DNA of 64,000 nt from Glaucostegus cemiculus (GCA_976551045.1 CDPCPM010000125.1:62001-126000), one strand, 5' to 3'. Positions 24,128 to 38,383 are shown, counted from the stretch's first letter. Notes: generated from the letters alone by a model not told the origin. Made by a program: numbers and translations.

Positions 24128-25993
24128 ACCTGACAAATAATACATATCCAGCCAACCACGGAAAAGGCTTTCTATCCACCGCCCAGCAGTTCCTCGGGCA
24201 CAATAGTGTCTGTGCGAGAACAGCAGCCCGAGTGCAAAGCATCCTGTCGTGAAAATCTGTCTCAGGCTGTTTCTCAATCACTATTTCTTTGAAACAAACT
24301 CAGTGAAAAATCATGCACTTGTCAAATCCTCATCTGGACACTGACAGGCGATCATTAAAAATCTTCGACTCACATTCCAGTCAGATATTTTTCACGCTTT
24401 CCAATCGTATGCAACCTCCGTAACTGGAGAACAATTAACTCTTTATTTTTTTCAACACGGCCCCAATACGTTTTGATTCCAAACACGAAAGGACAGGCAC
24501 TCCTTTCACGTCATGTGGAGATTTCTGATGATTGATGAATTGGATTCACTGTGGCTATTTACCCCACGCCACCAGTTATCCATTCATTATGATCTGCCAA
24601 CTGACAATATTCACCTTGAAATTCTTAGCCCTCAAGTCTTTCAATCTGTGCGTCTGTTTCCTTCCAAGTCGCAATCACGCGAGACTTACTCTGTTATTTA
24701 GCAACTGTCTAATGGGTCGGGACTGCAGCTGACTGATTGCGAGATGAGGGCGACGGATACGAGTGGGATGAGAGCTGGTTCATCTATGACCAAGATCTAT
24801 CAACTCAGCTACTAACTTACAGGCAGCGAGGCCAGTTTCCAGCAAGATAGCTGGCTCACTCTGTGGAGGATGCCGTGCTGACTGTATCCAGAAGAGACGT
24901 TGACTGACATATCACTGGTTTCTGGTGCAGATGAAGATTCTCACTGGAGGAGACCTTCACTCAGCATCAATCCCTCTTTCATTATTTGCCTCCATTTTTG
25001 TCTGTCTCCGAATCTGCAGTAACATTTGTCCCAAAATGTTCGCCTTTGATCTCTATGCCAGACGCTTCATGTGGGAATTATCACGGTGAAGCTGGGCACT
25101 GCTCCAGCACAGGAAAACCGCGCCTCATGTATGAGATAACCACCCAGCCTCACTCCCAAAGTTCTTTCCTCTTTATTAACCCCCCGTCCGACCCCCACCA
25201 ATATCACTTTTTGAGGAATCATGAGAACGTAAGAACATGGAGCAGCAGCGGGCCGCAAGGCCGATCAAGGATGCTCCGCACTTAATATCGTCGTTCCTCC
25301 CAATGGGAACCCGCCTCATGAAATGTCGTTGCACCGAGGTCAACCCCTGAGTCAGGGATAGATTGAAAACTACAATAATCAAATCAACAACAGTGACAGC
25401 CAGGTCGAGAGTGGTGACCTGCCCTCAATCTCTAACCATATCCAGCGCTGGCGACACAAATTTTCATCCCTGAACAAACGCTCGGTTGTTGGGTTTAGTC
25501 TCTTTCATTTGAATGTGTAGTTCTCTTCACTGATCCACACGTTGCACAGAACAGCAGGAAACTTCACCAACACACATTCCGAACGGGAGGTTCTCTTGTA
25601 GAAGTTCGCCTGCAATATTTATTCGCTGTTGAGTCAGTCTGACACTGCGAACAGCCGCTGTGTGTCGAGTGGTAAATGCCGAGGGCGTCTCCCACTCTCA
25701 GCTCCGTTTCTCCGGAGATCGAGAAATTCCACTCTCTTTCCGAGGGCTTTGTTTCTTTACTGTTTCACCACACGTAACAGCTACTCAATGAGAGCTGGAC
25801 AGAAAAGAGTTAATGGCATTTGTTTGTTCAGTGTGTGTGACTAGTCAGTGACACCAATTCCATCCGGAGAGGTTTGCTCTGCTGTTAATAGCGGTGTCTG
25901 TCCAACGTGTCCTCACAGGGAAGCGAGAGCTTCCCCACTTCAACCCGGAGAATTAGCAAGCTTCAAACACGGGGAATTGTTGTCGATGAAACA

Positions 25994-28986
25994 ATGTCGT
26001 TTGATATCTATTCTTTTTCTGATTATTTTGAGGAAGTATACTTCCCCGTGCTCGCTTCCATCGCTGTTCCAGGTATGCACCTGTAATGGGAATATTGAAT
26101 CCGCAGAACATGACTTGTTCTGCCAGCGTTCATTCAACTCGCTCTCAGTGGATATGGATATTAGATCCACGTTCCGCACTCGGCTTGGCGGATTTTTAAC
26201 TTTTAGTTTTATTACTGCAGACGTTTCAGTTAGTTCTAAGTTCGGTAAATTTCAGGTCCTCGGTTTCCTGCACCTCATTATTGTCCGTTAAGGTGAAGAT
26301 AATCGGTCGCTTCTTTAAAGTAACTGGGAACGAAAACTCCGCTCAAAACGGGGAGATGTCCCAGTCTGGCGGCTGCGCCATCGGACGTCAATGAGAGCGT
26401 CTCGCTGGTACCTGGAGAATCGGCAGCTTCAAAACACACTGGCGCTCACACTCACATGCTCTCTCTCTGTCTCTGTCTCTGTCTCTGTGGGTGTGTCTCT
26501 CTCTCTCTCACACACACACAACAAGAAAACATTCAGATGTAAACAGACGCAGACACCTAATGTGTTTTTCTTCATTTCATTCAGAGTCCGTGAACCCACC
26601 TGTCACAAACACCTCCTGTTTTTTTGCGGGCCGTTACATTCACTTACCTCGATGTGAATCTTGTGGAGTCGTTATTCTGCTCCGAACTGAATGAAGTCCA
26701 ACTCGAAAGTCTCGCCCCTTCACTCACACCACCGTTCTATTTTTTTTTAATGTGAAGGGAATTGTTTGCTTTTCGGAAGTTAAAGCGAACCCACATTTCC
26801 GATTCCGCTCGACGCAGGGAGACATCCGACAGTGAGGCACTCGTTTGGTTCTGTGGAGCTCAGTAAAATGTCAAAATATTTCACTCAGTCTCCGGGTCCG
26901 ACCGCACGGATCACGTTCCTCCACCCGGCGTGAGGATGAATATTTTTCCCGATGCTTTCACAATACAAACACGAATGTTGTAGTCTGTCAGAGAGCATGT
27001 CACTGCGCTGTACGTTCTGTCTGTTATTTTTCGATCGTTGGCAGAAATCATCTCTATCAACGTAAGATTATGCATGTGCCGTTCGTCGCTCCACTGTGAA
27101 TTTGACCCTGTGACTGTAGCGTGTGTGTGAGGAATCCCGGGAGTTTCCAGGGTTGACAGTCCCCGGGTTCTAACAGACCCTGAGTGACGGTAATGTTACA
27201 ACAGCTCTGGTTGTTGCAGTGATACCGCTGGGATGTCTCCGATGTTAAGAGCTCGACTGTGATTTACATTGGAAAATGACAACACAATTGAAACATTTTC
27301 TGCAATTTAAGGTCCCGCCGCTAGACGACAATTTCCCATCCGAGAACCAAAGACAATTACCCCGGTACGAAAAAAAAAAATTGTTGGGAACGCGCATCAG
27401 GTCAAGAAGCGTCACTGGAAGATGAATCCGAGTGAACGTTTCAGGGCGAAAGTGTGAACGCTGGTTCTCTTTCTACTGACGCGACCTCGACTGCTCATCC
27501 TTTGCGGCATTTGTGTTTTAGCTTGATCGTGCGTTCTTTAGGTCCATATTTTGAGCGGATTTGGAGAGAAATGAACATGTTATGAGGGGTCACGGACAAG
27601 AAGCAGAAACGTTGTCTAATTCCCCGGACTAACGCAGGGTCACCGGGTGACGAGCAGAAACAGCAACCTCAGCTGATGTCCCCACACTGACCCAGGGACA
27701 TGGGCAATGATCAGAAGCGGTGAATTTCCCTCAATCACTGATATTACCTGCGGACACCGAGGTGCCTTCTGATCTCCGTTGTGAACTCTTGGCTCTCGAT
27801 CTCCATGTACCTGTTGTAATTTATGGTTCTATGAAGTGGAAGATGAACACGCGGCAGACAGCGACATCAGTCGGTCACGCTGGAACGGCTCTTTCTGATC
27901 TGCAGTCTCATCTCCAATATTAAACACCATTCACTGATTTAATGTCTGATCAGTTATCCGGTGTCCAAAGGGTAACCCGGTAATAATTTAACTATTTATC
28001 TGTGCCACGAACATGAAAGGTAATACTAATTCAAACGAGTAACTGCGTTTCATATTGTTGTACAAATTCAATTTGTATTTCTCTTCTCAGTCAATGCCGT
28101 GACCATCGTGATCCTGTCGCGGGGGAGGTGCGGTCTCTCCAAGTGCGTCACTCGCTACCTGGTGGCCATGGCAGTGACGGACCTGCTGGTCACTGCCCTC
28201 GACCTGATACTGCGGCACATCCCAACTGCTTACTGGCAACAGTTTTCATTCCTGTTTTACACTCGCCGGTGTCAGACCCACGCCTTCCTACCGAATGTAT
28301 CCACGGACTGTTCTGTCTGGTTCACCATGGCGTTCACCTTTGTTCGGTTTGTGGCTATTTGTTGCCAGAAGCTGAAAACAAAATATTGCAACGAGAGAAC
28401 GGCGGCAGTGGTTCTGGGGACGGTGACTGTGCTGATCAGTTTCAAGGACATCACCTGGTATTTTCTGCTCGCGGATGTATATAGTTCAGTTGACTACCCA
28501 AATATCTGTTATGTCTCGGCCAATACTTTGTATTCAGAGATCTGGGGAATGATTGAGCTCCTCCACTATATCCTCACCCCTGTGGTCCCATATGTCCTAG
28601 TTCGGCTGCTCAATGTTTTAACCATCAGACACATTTCAGTGGCGAGCAGAGCCCGCTGGAGACTGCGGGGAAACTGCAGTGGGGAGGGTGTCAGAGACCC
28701 GGAGATGCAGAGTCGCAGGAAATCCATGAATTTACTGCTGCTTATCTCCGCTAATTTCATCCTGTTATGGCTGATGCACATCGTGTACAATCTGTGGTGG
28801 CAATTGTATTAGTTTTGGTTCTATGTGTATCCACTTTACTGGTTACAAATGGGATTCTGGTTCCAGCTCCTGAATTGTTGCACGAACACTCTGATTGATG
28901 CCGTGGCGCAGAATATGTTCCGGCAGCAGCTGAAGCTTGTGCTGAGATTTGCCCGAACCCTCGTTCTAAAATGCATCGGAAGATAA
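25994..28986 (+). pseudogene. GPCR copy 2 pseudogene (exon 1 25994-26072; exon 2 28091-28986)
   Basis: Premature TAG at 28810-28812, before TM7. DRF>VRF, L>P in TM3, L>R in TM5, NTLIY>NTLID, one codon deleted. Downstream AATAAA mutated to AATAAT. Confidence 0.88.
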
Positions 28987-30519
28987 CGGGGCCGGAATAA
29001 TCGGGAGGAGCAGAACTCGTCCACGTCTCGTATTCTCACTGTCTCTGCTCCACAGGCTGCGCTGCCCGTTCCGCCACGGTCTCATAATGTAGATTCACAC
29101 TGACTCTGTGCGAACATCTGAGTAGTCAACATTATGCCCTGACACGGTCCACAGTCTGCGGGGTGTGTTCACTGGAGATTTCGCTCTCCCGATTTTGTGC
29201 AATCGCTGCTCCGTGACTTTCGTTCTCTCTGCCTCTCTGTCTCTCCCTCTCTCTCTGACTCTTCACTCTCTCCCTCTCCCTCCCTCTCTGTCATGCTCTC
29301 CCTCTCCCTCTCTCTTTTTCCCTCTCTTCCTCCCTCTCCGTCTTTCTCTCCCTCGCTCTCTCTCCCTCTCTCTATCTCTCCCGGTCTCTCTTTCTGTTCT
29401 CAGCTTCCTACTGTTTCCGTGCTGTCCCGCTGCCCTCACTCCCCTCACTTCCTCGCCGTCCTTCCCCCTCACACTCTCATCCTCTCCCCTCTCGTGTAAA
29501 TATTGTAATGTAACCGTTTTATATAATAAATGTATTTTATGTTTTCCTTGTGAATGCTGGTTATGTGCCTGTGATGGTTTTTCATTGCACCTGTGCATTA
29601 GTGCACTGCGCTCATGACAATAAAATCGACTTCGACTTTCGCCTTTCACTCTTTCTCTCACTTTCTCCTTGTTTCCCAAGCGATCCCCACACTGACATCG
29701 CTCCCGTCACACACAAAGTGCAGACATGCACAAGTGCAAACATGTGCGAGTAAAATAACTGATAAAATAACTGATAAACACACAGACACCGGATCTCCAT
29801 AACGCTCTCACCCACACAGCGGCGCACACAAACACCCCAGCACCACAGTCGAGCGCAGACGGACGTCGACATAAATGAAAATAAACAAAGAAAGACACAG
29901 TGACACATCTGCTTTCGAATGTCCACTGACGTTTACATGTCTCAGCCTCTCATCTTTCACCGTTTCCCTCTCTGGGACAATATTCTGCCTCCCTCCCCGC
30001 TCACGGTGTGTTCGGCAGCAACACTGTCCGCACCGGGGCGAAACACCCGGCAGTTGGAAAGATCGGAAGAGAGAGAGAGAGAGAGAACATTCTGATAGAC
30101 GGAGAGAAGATGGAGGGTGGCGGAGAGAGAGAGGGAGAGAAAAAGTGAGGGGAAAAAGAAGGGGGGAGAGAAAGACGGGATGAGGTGGATTCTGAACGGC
30201 CCACCTTTGGATCCTTTAAATCCTGCACGCACACGCACACACACACACGTAAACACTCCCAATAATTCACTCAAACAGATGGCAAGGGAAAGTGCTGTCT
30301 TGCAGTCCCAGCGACTCCCATACAATCCAATCCGCCGGTGCTGTCTGTGTGAAGTTTGCCCGTCCTCTCGGTAACATCGACTATTTTCGCAGATGCTCCA
30401 TTCTCTTCCACATCCCAATGACATGCGGGCTATGTGATATTTAGCCAGAATCTGTTGCCGGGTGTGGTTGGACGTGACGTAGATTGTGAGAGTGCTTGAT
30501 GGGAATGCGATTAGTGCAC

Positions 30520-32800
30520 GATTAAGGCAGTGGCATCAATGACCTAGTCGACTGGATTCGAAATCGGCTTGACACTGGGAGACCACGACTCGTGGTGGAG
30601 GGTGCAGTTCTGATTGGTCTGTGACTAGTAGGGTTCCACAGTGATCAGTGCTGGAACATCAGTCCGTGATTTCTAAATAATTGGGAAGAAAGTACAAGTG
30701 GGCTGATTAGTAGATTGGCAGACAATAAGAAAATTGCCGGGAAGGTGTACAGGGAGGAAGGATGTCAAAATGTAAAGCATTTGGAAATATGCGCAAGAGA
30801 AGTAGCAAATGGGATTTAATACGGAGCAATACGAGACGTTGCACATTGGGAGCTGAAATATTGTTGGAAAGTATGCAATCAATTATACAGATCTTTGGGA
30901 ATATTATTGTTGAGAGGCATCTTGGGGTGTAAATCCTTAGGTCCCTGGAAGTGATAGCGCCAGCAGTTTGGGTTGTAATGAAGCCATCCGGGATATTTGC
31001 CTTACAGGTCAGGGCGTTGAGTATAAATGTTTGGAAGTCATGTGGTAGGTGTAAATAACTTTGATTGGGCCACAATTAGAATGTTGTGCAAAGTTGTGCT
31101 CTCCGATTACAGGAAAGATGTGGACGCTTTGGGAAGGGTGCAAAGAGGTTCACTAGGATGCTGCCTGGATTCGAGAACATTAGCGATATGGAGAGTTTGG
31201 AAAATTGGAATGCTTTCTCTGGAGCGATGGAGGACGAGCAGCCATCTGATTGAAGAAAATTGCATTTTCGGATGCACACAAAGTGGAGATGTTTAGGGTT
31301 TCTGTTCCAGTGTGGGATGTTGATTTGCCAGTCCTGTCCTTCTTTCAGTTGCGTCCCAGCGACAGCAGCAACACCACATTCCCATGCCTTGACAATGCTG
31401 TCAAGTTCATCTGCCTCATCAGTCAGACCCCTTGCACTTAACACAGCTGTATTCAGCCATTCCATCCTTCCACACGCTTTGTCACACTGACGTCTGCTCT
31501 GCCCACTCGAACGACCTCGTGGTTCTATGGTTGACTGAACCTCACTTCAACTGTACACCGACTCTGTGTCCCACCCGTTGCCAAATTAAGTTCGAATCAC
31601 CCCAACAGTACGAGCAACGCCTCCAAACGCCCAAGCAGGCGTTTTGAACCAGTTAAGCTGCAACCCTTCCTGCAGGTACAATCCCACCTACCCCAGAAAG
31701 TTTCCCAATGATCTAAAGCCCCCCAAAGCCCGCCAACCACCTAAACCTCTCCCGTCCATGCAGAAACACAGTTATGCTGACCTGTCTGCCCTTTCCTATG
31801 GTTACCAGCAGGTGGCTCTGGCAGTAATCCAGAGAGGACAACCTCAGAGGTCCCTCTCTTTAATCTGCTCCCTAACTCCCTACGTTCACGGTGCTGGACC
31901 AACAACAAGGTGAGTGGTAGGAGATATAAGGGGGATCTGAGAGGTATTTTCTTTACACAGAGAGTGTTTTATATCTGGAACGCTCTGCCAGAGGAGTTGG
32001 TGGAATCAGATAATTCACTTCATTTAAGAGACAATTAGACCAACGCCTGAATACGCGAGGGAAAAGGAACGAATGCGGGCGTGGAGCAATGCAGATGAGC
32101 GAAAAAGTCGGCCCGGAGGCGGTGGACCAAAGGGCCCGATTCTATGCTGTACAACTCCATAATTCAATGACTCTATGAGCTCAACCCCTTTTCTACCCGT
32201 GGCGCTAGTGCCGACCTGTATCACGGCCACTGACTGTTCACTCTCGCCATTCAGCCGCTCTATGACATCACATCCCGGCACCAGGAAGCTAAAGTCCTGT
32301 TCGAGTCTCGTTCGTAGCTGCAGAAACAACTCGCTGCTTTCCCTACAACTGAAACCCTGTCACCCCCAACCAAGCAGCCCCATGCGCAGCAGAGCCAATC
32401 GAGTTGTTACAAACTTGAATGTTGTTGCTTTCCGTCAGGAGGCCAATCCCCTGCTCCCCCAGCAGTATCTAACATGTTATAACTGTTTAAGAGGGGAGTG
32501 TTTACAGAGAACTCCCACACTACCACACACACGTGCCACTCCCCCTGTGTGCACAAATCATTAAAAGTGACCGGTCGGGTTGAGAAAGCAGATAATACGG
32601 CATGGAATATCCTGCGTTTTATCATCAAAATCCCAGGCTATGAATAAACAAGGAAACGTCGTGTTGAATCTTTATAAAACACTGAGCCTGCCTCACCTGG
32701 AGTATTGTGTTCGAATCTGGGAAGGGTGTGAGGGCGTGCCAGAGGGTCCAGAAAAGTTTTACTAGAGTGGCTCTTCGGGTGCGAGTCTGTAGTCAGAAGA
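30520..32800. mobile_element. CR1 fragment mosaic (paralog of 13560-15790)
   Basis: Colinear homology. Confidence 0.72.
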
Positions 32801-33444
32801 GCCGATCAGAGGCTGCAGCTGACTTCTGTAAAGAATAAAGGAAAGAGGGGTGATATGACCGAAGAACAAGAGGTAACAAGGTGGATGGACAGATTGGAGA
32901 GCGGGCAGCAGTGCCCTTTGGCGGCCGTGTCGAGGATGAGTTGTAACAGGAATGAAACAAAGAGGAAATAACTGAAGAGTGACATGAAGAGAGATCGGTG
33001 GTTGGAATCTGGAAGGCGCAGCCTGCAGGTGTGTTGGAGGCAGGTTCCACTGTGACCTTCAGGAGGGAATAGGATGAGTATACAGTGGGAAATATTAGGA
33101 GAAAGTGCCAGTGGGTGGGTGGAAGGTGCTCTGGTAGAGAGCCGGCATGGACATGTTAAAGCCAGAGAGACATCGAGTTACTCACCACTGAAAGAGGCTC
33201 TTCGGCCCCAATCACCGACGGACCTAACGTCCTCCTTCTGTGCTATAACTCTTGTCTGATCTCGTCTGGTCTCTCTCTCCCACACGTGGTAGCAGACCGT
33301 GGCTCTCTTTTAGAAGTATGCCTTTTGTGATAATTATCAAAAAAATAGTCAACTCCCCGGAAACTGTCCTTTCAGATATTTTGCGCCTGTCCTATCCGTC
33401 CACAGCAGCTGTTCGTGTCCCCATTTTATACAGATTCAGATTAG

Positions 33445-34520
33445 TTCAGGTGAGTTCATTGTCATATTCTTGAGTCGAGTGAAGCTCACAGAGTTCACAG
33501 TCGTCATTGTAATAAACACAACATTGAATACAATAAGCAATACCTTGAGCGCAAAACAGCGGAAAGATCCAAACTAAAGTAGTGCAAAATGAAATACTGA
33601 GGTGACAATAACAGCAGAGGTAGAATTCAGGTTTCAAGATTGCGGCTGCAGCACCGGGAAGGGGATGTGAAAGAGCTGGTTGGTTCAGGGGTCTGACCGC
33701 AGTGGGGAAGAAGCTGTTCTTGATTTGGTTGTCCGGGATTTCAAGCGCCCTATCTTCTCCTCGCAGGTAGGAGAGAGAAAAGGGAATGGCCTGGGTGGCG
33801 GGCGCTCTTGATGATACCGTTCGCCTTCCTGATGCAATGCACCACGAAGGTGGTCTTGATAGAAGTAAGTGAGTCTGTGACAGATAGGGCGGTGTTACCG
33901 CTCTCTGCAGGTTCCATCGGTCCAGAGCAGAGCAGGTGCGATCACAGGCTGAGGTGCAACCTATCGCGATGGTTTCTGTTGCGCATCTGTAAAAGTTCAA
34001 GAGAATCCTCGTGGACAGGCCGATGCACCTTCTAAGAACCTCCTACGGAAGTAAATACGTCGATGCACTTTCCTGATCACCGCATCAGTGTGGGGGCGAC
34101 CCGGAGATGTTGCTTGTGATATGGATGTCTCGGAACTATAATCTGTCGACCATCTCTACAGCAGCTTTGTTGATGAGGACAGGGCTGTGTTCACCCACGC
34201 TCGCTTTCTTTGCGTCAACAACCAGCTCTTTTCTCTTGCTGATGTTAGCGAGTAGGTTGTTGTTCTAGCACCATGAGAGAAGGTTTACGATGTTTCCTGT
34301 ACTCTGTCTCATCATTGATGATCCGGCTGATAACAGAGGTGTCACCGGCGAAATGGAAAATCGATTTGGCACTGCATTTGGCCTCACGAGTATGGGTGTA
34401 TAGGAAGTCGAGCAGGAGCTTGAGCACTCCATACTGGGGAGCACCTGTTGTAAGGGTCAGAGTCCAGAAGGCGGTCAGCATGTCCAGAGGCCAGTTCCGA
34501 GGGCAGACCATTGCATATAG
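33445..34520 (-). mobile_element. Rex1/Babar-type LINE remnant (paralog)
   Basis: RT-like remnants in ORFs 34245-34511 and 33446-34000. Confidence 0.72.
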
Positions 34521-35067
34521 AGGAAAATGCAGTGGTTTGTTTTGCAGGTGTAACGTTAGACAAGAACGTTAATTCCATCGAATTTTGCTGTTGAACCACT
34601 GGCGATTAATTGTCTATTAGAAAATCTGGTCATTTGGACGCAGCTCAAGAAACGACAATTGAATAATATAATTCGTTTACACCTATAATATTACAAGACA
34701 TAACATGAGATACTTGTCCAATTTGCAGTGTACAAACAGTTTTACATGCATTTTGAATTTACTTCAATGCTAACCTCTTCTCAAGCATCCACGTGCCTCT
34801 GTGTCCCAACTCACCACTAGCACCCCTACTCCCCTCAACGGGTTCGATCTGCCCGTTGTCCTTCACCCTTGCTCGGTCCACTAATCCCTTTTACCCCTGT
34901 CTAACTCCTCCCCTCTCTTTATATTGCTATGTTCCCGACACGCTTAGTCCTGATGCACGGCAATTATATACCCCAAAAACTGCTGGGAGGTGGACAGAGC
35001 CTCTTATATGCTCGGCTGGATATAAATGAAAGCCATTTTTGGTCTGCGTGGGTTGGATTTGTCAGGT

Positions 35068-35139
35068 TCCCTGGTGGTCTAGTGGTTAGGATTCGGCGCT
35101 CTCACCGCCGCGGCCCGGGTTCGATTCCCTGCCAGGGAA
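35068..35139 (+). tRNA. tRNA-Glu(CTC), near-intact
   Basis: Canonical except one T-stem mismatch (CCCTG). TATAAA upstream, TTTT downstream. Confidence 0.7.
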
Positions 35140-35920
35140 GTGTGTTTTGGCAACTGGAACCAGTCAGAATCTGCGGAGAAAGCTGTCACTGGACCAACAT
35201 CAGATTTGCTGACACAGGGCTGCTGCCGGCGGAATGATCAAGGAATCTTTCTCTTCAATGTGAAGCTCCTGAACAGGGTGGCGAATATTAGAAGGCACAA
35301 CTCGTGTTGATTTTTATCCACTTTGTCCAATTAAAAACTCGCAGCGATCTCAGCTCTGAATGAAGTGTGATGCCAACGATCAGTCGCAAGCGTCGAGGTG
35401 CCACTGGAAGTACGGCTGTTCAGTCGGCACAATTTGACTGGGTTGATTTGTCTGCGAATCTGCAGGCTGCTTCCGACTCCTGAGCCGAGATCTTGTAAAC
35501 GGAAGACTTTTCACGGTAAATCAGGCTGTGCCCTGAGAATTTCTTCGGAAACTATTGGACAAAGCCACGCAATCCTAAGGGACCAAAGGGCAAAGGTGTC
35601 CTGTGCACGCAATAGCGGTTAATGTAACGCCCGCTCATGCTATGTCGGGAACGGGTCGGCGGCACTTGCATGCATGCCAGCCTGGGGCCCTGCTTGCTTT
35701 GTGCCACTTGAACTCGGGGCAGTTAAAGACTTTCAGCTGATAGCGTCGACATCTGGTGAATGTTCATTGAATAAACATACTCCGAACTCGTCAGTTTAAG
35801 ACAACAAATAAATCTCCTAAATTTAATTTTCGGAAGAAGATGGAAGTAGAGAGAGAAGAAAGATTTTTGATTGACGGAAGGTCACGTAATCGGAGCCGGC
35901 TATTTGAAATACAACAGGAG

Positions 35921-37513
35921 GCCTTGCCTAATTTTAGATTATATTATTGGGCAATCAACGTCAGATATTTAATTTTTTGGACACAAGACTTAAAGGTTAT
36001 TCAGTGCCCTAAATGGGTACACCTTGAGTGTCAATCAACACTTGAATTTTCATTATTCTCTATTTTAGTAGCTTCACTCCCTTTTGCACTTACCAAATTA
36101 GGTAAATATATGACTAACCCAATCATTAAACATACATTACGAATATGGTTTCAATTACGTAAATTTTTTGGATTGACTAAATTTGTTTTGTCAAGTCCTA
36201 TACAATCTAATTTTTTTTTCAACCATCTATACTAGATACAGCTTTTTCCTTATGGAAAAAGAAGGGAATAGTATGCTTTCGAGATCTATTCATTGGTAAC
36301 TGTTTTGAATCTTTTGAACAGTTGTCTAATAAATATAATTTACCTAGATCACATTTTGTTCGATATTTGCAGATTAGAAATTTTTTAAAAACGACTATAC
36401 CCTCCTTTTCTTTTCTTCATAAAGACGAAATCATTGATAACCTTTTAGGTTTATACCCCATCAGGAGGGCTTGACAGCAATAATTTATGATTTAATTATG
36501 AAAATACGGTCAGACTCACTGGACAAAATTAAAAAAAAAATGATTGTGAAAGTGAACTCCAGATATCTATATCTATAGAGACTTGGAAGAAAATTCTTCA
36601 TTTAGTTAACACATCCTCAATGTGTGCCAGACATTCATTGATACAGTTTAAAGTTGTGCATGGGGCCTATATGCCCAAAGATAAGCTAGCTCGTTTTTAT
36701 GACCGTATAAATCGTATATGTGACAGATGCAATTTGAATGTGGCTTCTTTGACACATATGTTTTGGTCCTGGAAAAATATTAGAAAGACATTTTTAATAT
36801 TATTTCAGATGTATTGAAGATCAATTTACAACCTCACCCTATTACTGCAATTTTTGGATTACCATGGACAAAGTCTGGCCATTTACCTGCTTCTGCTAAT
36901 CGTATGATTGCTTTTGTTACATTGTTGGCCAAACGAGCCATTCTGCTTAAATGGAAGGATCCAATCCTCCCCCCCCCCACCCCACTAACTTTCAATGGTT
37001 CTCTCAAACTATATCATGTCTTAATTTGGAAAACAAATTAGGAGTGGTACTGTTGATTATTCTCTTAAATTTGAAGATATTTGGAGTCCATTTATTCAAT
37101 ACTTTCATGATGTAGTTTCCCCTTCTATAACTTTTTTTTATTTTAGAGAAACGGAACTGACGACACTATATTGCTCTATTTCTATTGAAAATTTTAGCCC
37201 AGTTTTTTTCTTGATTTGTTTTTTTTAATCGTTTTCGGTTTAATTTGCCTCATATTATTATGTTTTTTATTGATTTGGGGGGTCATTTGTTTTTTCTTCT
37301 AATTATATAACAAATATTTTTCTTTTCTATCTTTTACATTACACTTAAGAACCAAGAGATCGTTGGAACTATTTCTTTTATATATATCATACTTTATTGT
37401 TGTTTTATGATTACCTACGATTGTTACTTGATATTTCTATAGTACATGTGTAAACATTGTTGTTATATATTTTAACCTGTATTGATTGGTTATCAATAAA
37501 AAAGATTGAAAAG
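35921..37513 (+). mobile_element. 5'-truncated L1-clade LINE (ORF2 C-terminus plus 3' UTR) with 115-bp flanking direct repeat
   Basis: AT-rich. Frameshifted ORF2 remnants ALPNFRLYYWA, LIQFKVVH, and CDRC..ASLTHMFW (Cys/His knuckle region). AATAAA and A-rich 3' end. Confidence 0.85.
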
Positions 37514-38035
37514 AAATAAATCTCCTAAATTTAATTTTCGGAAGAAGATGGAAGTACAGAGAGAAGAAAGATTTTTGATTGACGGAAGGTCACGTATTCG
37601 GAGCCGGCTATTTGAAATACAACAGGAGAAATGGGCTGGCCGTAACGTGAAAGAAATGCACTGAGTTCGTTCCACTGAGCCTGTACAGAATGTATCCCTA
37701 CAATGAGAAATGCAGGGAAACGTGCTCATGGTCTTGAACGTAAAAATGTCGGAAGGGGAAGATTTTCTCAGTTGATGTCAATGGCAGTTGGTTGAGGCAA
37801 TCCGAGCGACTGGATGATACCGAAGAACTAGCATTGCCCCTTGTGTACGTTGAGACTGGAGGCAGCTTCGCTTGCAGATGAGTGAAACGCTGAGATCAGT
37901 TTCCTTTTGGTCTTTGTGATTTTGGCTGCCTGCACGTTTGCTGGGACGTGATGAGAAAGTTATTTTGAATGCTTGTATTCTGATGTTGAGCAAGGCAAGC
38001 AGAATCTTGGTGAGCTGTGTTGATTTCAGTCAGAT

Positions 38036-38107
38036 TCTCTAGTGGTCTAGTGGTTAGGATTCGGTGCTTTCACCGCCGCGGCCCGGCTTCGATTCCAGGT
38101 AAGGGAA
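38036..38107 (+). pseudogene. tRNA-Glu(TTC) pseudogene
   Basis: Acceptor and T-stem mismatches. Confidence 0.78.
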
Positions 38108-38337
38108 GTAAGTTTGGGAGCTGCGACAAGTCATAACTTTCAGAATCTTCATCTGAACCAAAAACCATTGATATATCAATCATCGTCTCTTCTGGATACA
38201 GTGAGCACGGCATCCTCCACAGAATGAGAAGGCCATCCTGCAGGAATCGGCTTCCCTCACTGTAAATCAGTGGCTGAATTGTTAGAATTTACCCCAAGAA
38301 AGCCATTCTTGGTCTGCGTGCGTTTTATTTGTCAGGT

Positions 38338-38383
38338 TCCCTGGTGTTCTAGTGGGTAGGATTCGGCGCTCTCACGGCCGCGG
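38338..38383 (+). pseudogene. 5' fragment of tRNA-Glu(CTC), cassette junction
   Basis: Same truncation point as 7067-7112. Confidence 0.8.

Larger units (their letters stand above)
17937..24940 (+). repeat. tRNA-Glu tandem block 2 (last ~1 kb inverted)
   Basis: Same spacers as block 1. Confidence 0.88.
34955..38383 (+). repeat. tRNA-Glu tandem block 3 (short, L1-interrupted)
   Basis: CTC, TTC and truncated CTC copies with the same spacer family. Confidence 0.82.
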
